From the NCBI GenBank assembly GCA_951406725.2, contig OX597828.1, positions 60,946,001 through 61,010,000 of the forward strand: a DNA stretch of 64,000 nucleotides, given 5' to 3'. The translations under genes and the position numbers were made by a program. Positions 61,701-64,000 of this stretch are shown piece by piece (within the stretch, counting starts at the first letter, position 1; every line of letters begins with the position of its first letter). This stretch comes from Octopus vulgaris. Its lineage: Eukaryota. The notes beneath the pieces were generated by a model. It did no database searches and had not been told where the DNA came from. It was given only the letters and a program-made list of their open reading frames with translations.

Positions 61701-64000
61701 ACGCTTATTATGTGTGTTGTGTGTTAGATTGTGTGTAATCCAGTATCATGGACAGAACAGGTGGACAAAGAAGGTAAACCTGTTTGGCAAGCTAAGCAAG
61801 CTCATCTCGTGACCTATCTCCCTTTTCTCTCTCTCATTCAAGCCCTCTCACTATGTCTTTCATACTCTCTGCCTGTCATTATGTATGTATTATGTATGTA
61901 TGTATGTATGTATGTATGTATGTATGTATGTATGTATAAAACACTCTCACACACACTTCCCATATACATACCAATTGTACGCAAATACATACTTAGACTT
62001 ATTTTTCGAGCTTTAAATTGTATTTAATCTTTACTTATTTCACAATATCCGCGTTGGCGTCTTTGCCGCCATTTTGTAACCTATTTTTTTCTTTACTTCT
62101 GTTGTTGCTGTCGTTGTTCTACATTTCACGTATTTCATTACTTCTGCTATGACAGGTCATCAGTAGCAAAGAAATGCAGTACACTTGTATGTCTGCTTTC
62201 TTTGTTCTTCGTTGATGTCCCACCCTTTTTGTCAGTAATCTCTTCAGATTACGGTGTTGTTTTGCTCCAGCTCAGTTCTGTCCTGACTTTGTCGCAGACA
62301 TTCCATCCGTGGCGATCCCATATTTTTGTACAATATGGGCTACAATGAGTGTAACTCAGCGGTTATTTCTCCGTTACTGACTGAAAATATTTCTTATATA
62401 GACACCTGATTGTTACAGAGATGAATTACATCCATTTCTTTCTACCTCTTCCGCAAGTATTGGTTACGTGAGGGAATTAACTCTGTGTAGAAATGGATAG
62501 CAGATTACGGACCCCTGTTATCCTTAGTACCCTTTCATATATGATCCATACATCTACTTGATGTTTTAGCTAGAAGCTCACTGCTCTCTCCGAGAAACTT
62601 TGCCTTTCAAACCCTTACGTAATTTCTTTGACGAGTCAGAAGTGTCTCCTTTATGAATTACTGGTCTTTATCATAATACTACAATAGGGCTCCTATAAGC
62701 ACTCTCTTTTTTTCCCCCCAGGATTACATAGGTCATTAAGATTTAAAATAGCCAAACTGAATCCACCAGTGAATTGTTCATCAACTTAATCTCTTGGGTT
62801 TTGCTGTTGTTTAATCCCATAATCACAGAGACCTATAGCCATAAACATTTCAACTGTAACTATCTTGTCTTTCAAAGGTAACCAGGAAGACATTCTCTTT
62901 TTAATTCAGTAAGTATGGTTTGAAGAAGATCAGGCAGTGATTTCTAGCAGTCGAGTAATTGCATTGAGACAACGTTGTTGGTTCGTCGAATTTCTTGGTT
63001 TGGTTTTCTTAATAGGTATGTGTGTTAATATGTGTATATATATCAGTACATGAATACGTGTTAATATATGTATGTATATATACTAATCATTTAGATTGCT
63101 TATATTTTTCTCATTGTGAAAATTTAATTGTCCAATTTTGTTTCACAAGGAAACAGTTCTGGATGCTTTTATATTTATTCATGGTGTCACACAGCATACA
63201 AAATAGTTGTCTCTAAGTTTACAAGCTGTGCGGACAATTTTGTATTGGACTCTAGAATATCCTATTGAGAATCTAATGAGAATCTAAATCGTGATAGCCC
63301 AGTTACTGATCAAAATTTCTCGTTAACATACAAATGTCACGACAAAATTATGCATATTAAAAACATATTGATAAATTCATATGCTTTAACAAGTCACTTA
63401 TTGTTAAAATTTGACCGATGTTTCTAATAGAAATACCACCTTCTATACATGACAATATTTTTATAAAGGATGTACAACTATTTGAGAAAAAGAGCATGTT
63501 AGTCGGCTATATATTTAATTCGTCATATTACTTTTTTCAGACTTTTTTTCAGACTTAAACACAACATTGAGACAGCAGCATTTACAAAAAAGCGCAAGTT
63601 GCAGTAGTCTTAAAAACAGAAAGAATAAAAAAAGATAAAATATATAAGCATGTATTTCTCTACCGGAAATTAATATCAATACAATACATCTAAGAGTGAG
63701 ATCGTTATTCTTAAACAGAGCATCTTGGGTAAAAACCGAACCACTAAGATATTATTTTTAGGATTCTACAGGAGTCTTTGGCGGCGGGTGGGTGGGTGAA
63801 GAAGTAGGACTAGCATTTTCGTTCGGATACGTTTAAAAGCGCTGGTATTGAATGCAAAAAGACAACAAAAACCCAAAACAAAAGAAAATAAAAAATAACG
63901 ACAAACAAAAAACACAAACAAACAGACTTACATTGAGTCGAGAAAAGCTGAAAACACCTGACGATACTGTTTAGAACGAGGGGCTAACACACGAAAATTT

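Overview
AT-rich, microsatellite- and transposon-dense eukaryotic DNA. The SINE families and RTE tails look like those I associate with coleoid cephalopods (Octopus-like); this is inferred, not verified. One host gene can be built by hand. It is an 8-exon, minus-strand CHMP2B/VPS2B-type ESCRT-III gene (CDS 39509->3538, 642 nt, 213 aa) with all-GT-AG introns and consistent phases, and an ETS motif about 120 bp upstream of the ATG. The rest is a transposon mosaic: several tRNA-headed SINE families, RTE LINEs in both orientations, a full-length TIR-bounded Tc1, mariner, maT/DD37D and Chapaev3 relics, a piggyBac-type MITE, two R4/Dong-type LINEs stacked at (TAA)n, a Hero-like relic, Penelope GIY-YIG relics and a 3'-truncated Gypsy element with LTR and tRNA-Leu PBS. 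The most interesting layer is non-coding. Minimal hammerhead-ribozyme-like motifs recur in at least six unrelated repeats, two of them inside microsatellite-flanked, inverted-repeat-bounded elements. There are also long near-perfect hairpins (one 53-bp stem fully paired on the CHMP2B pre-mRNA strand), inverted TE pairs around early exons, and several small local duplications. TE boundaries are approximate and no searches were run.
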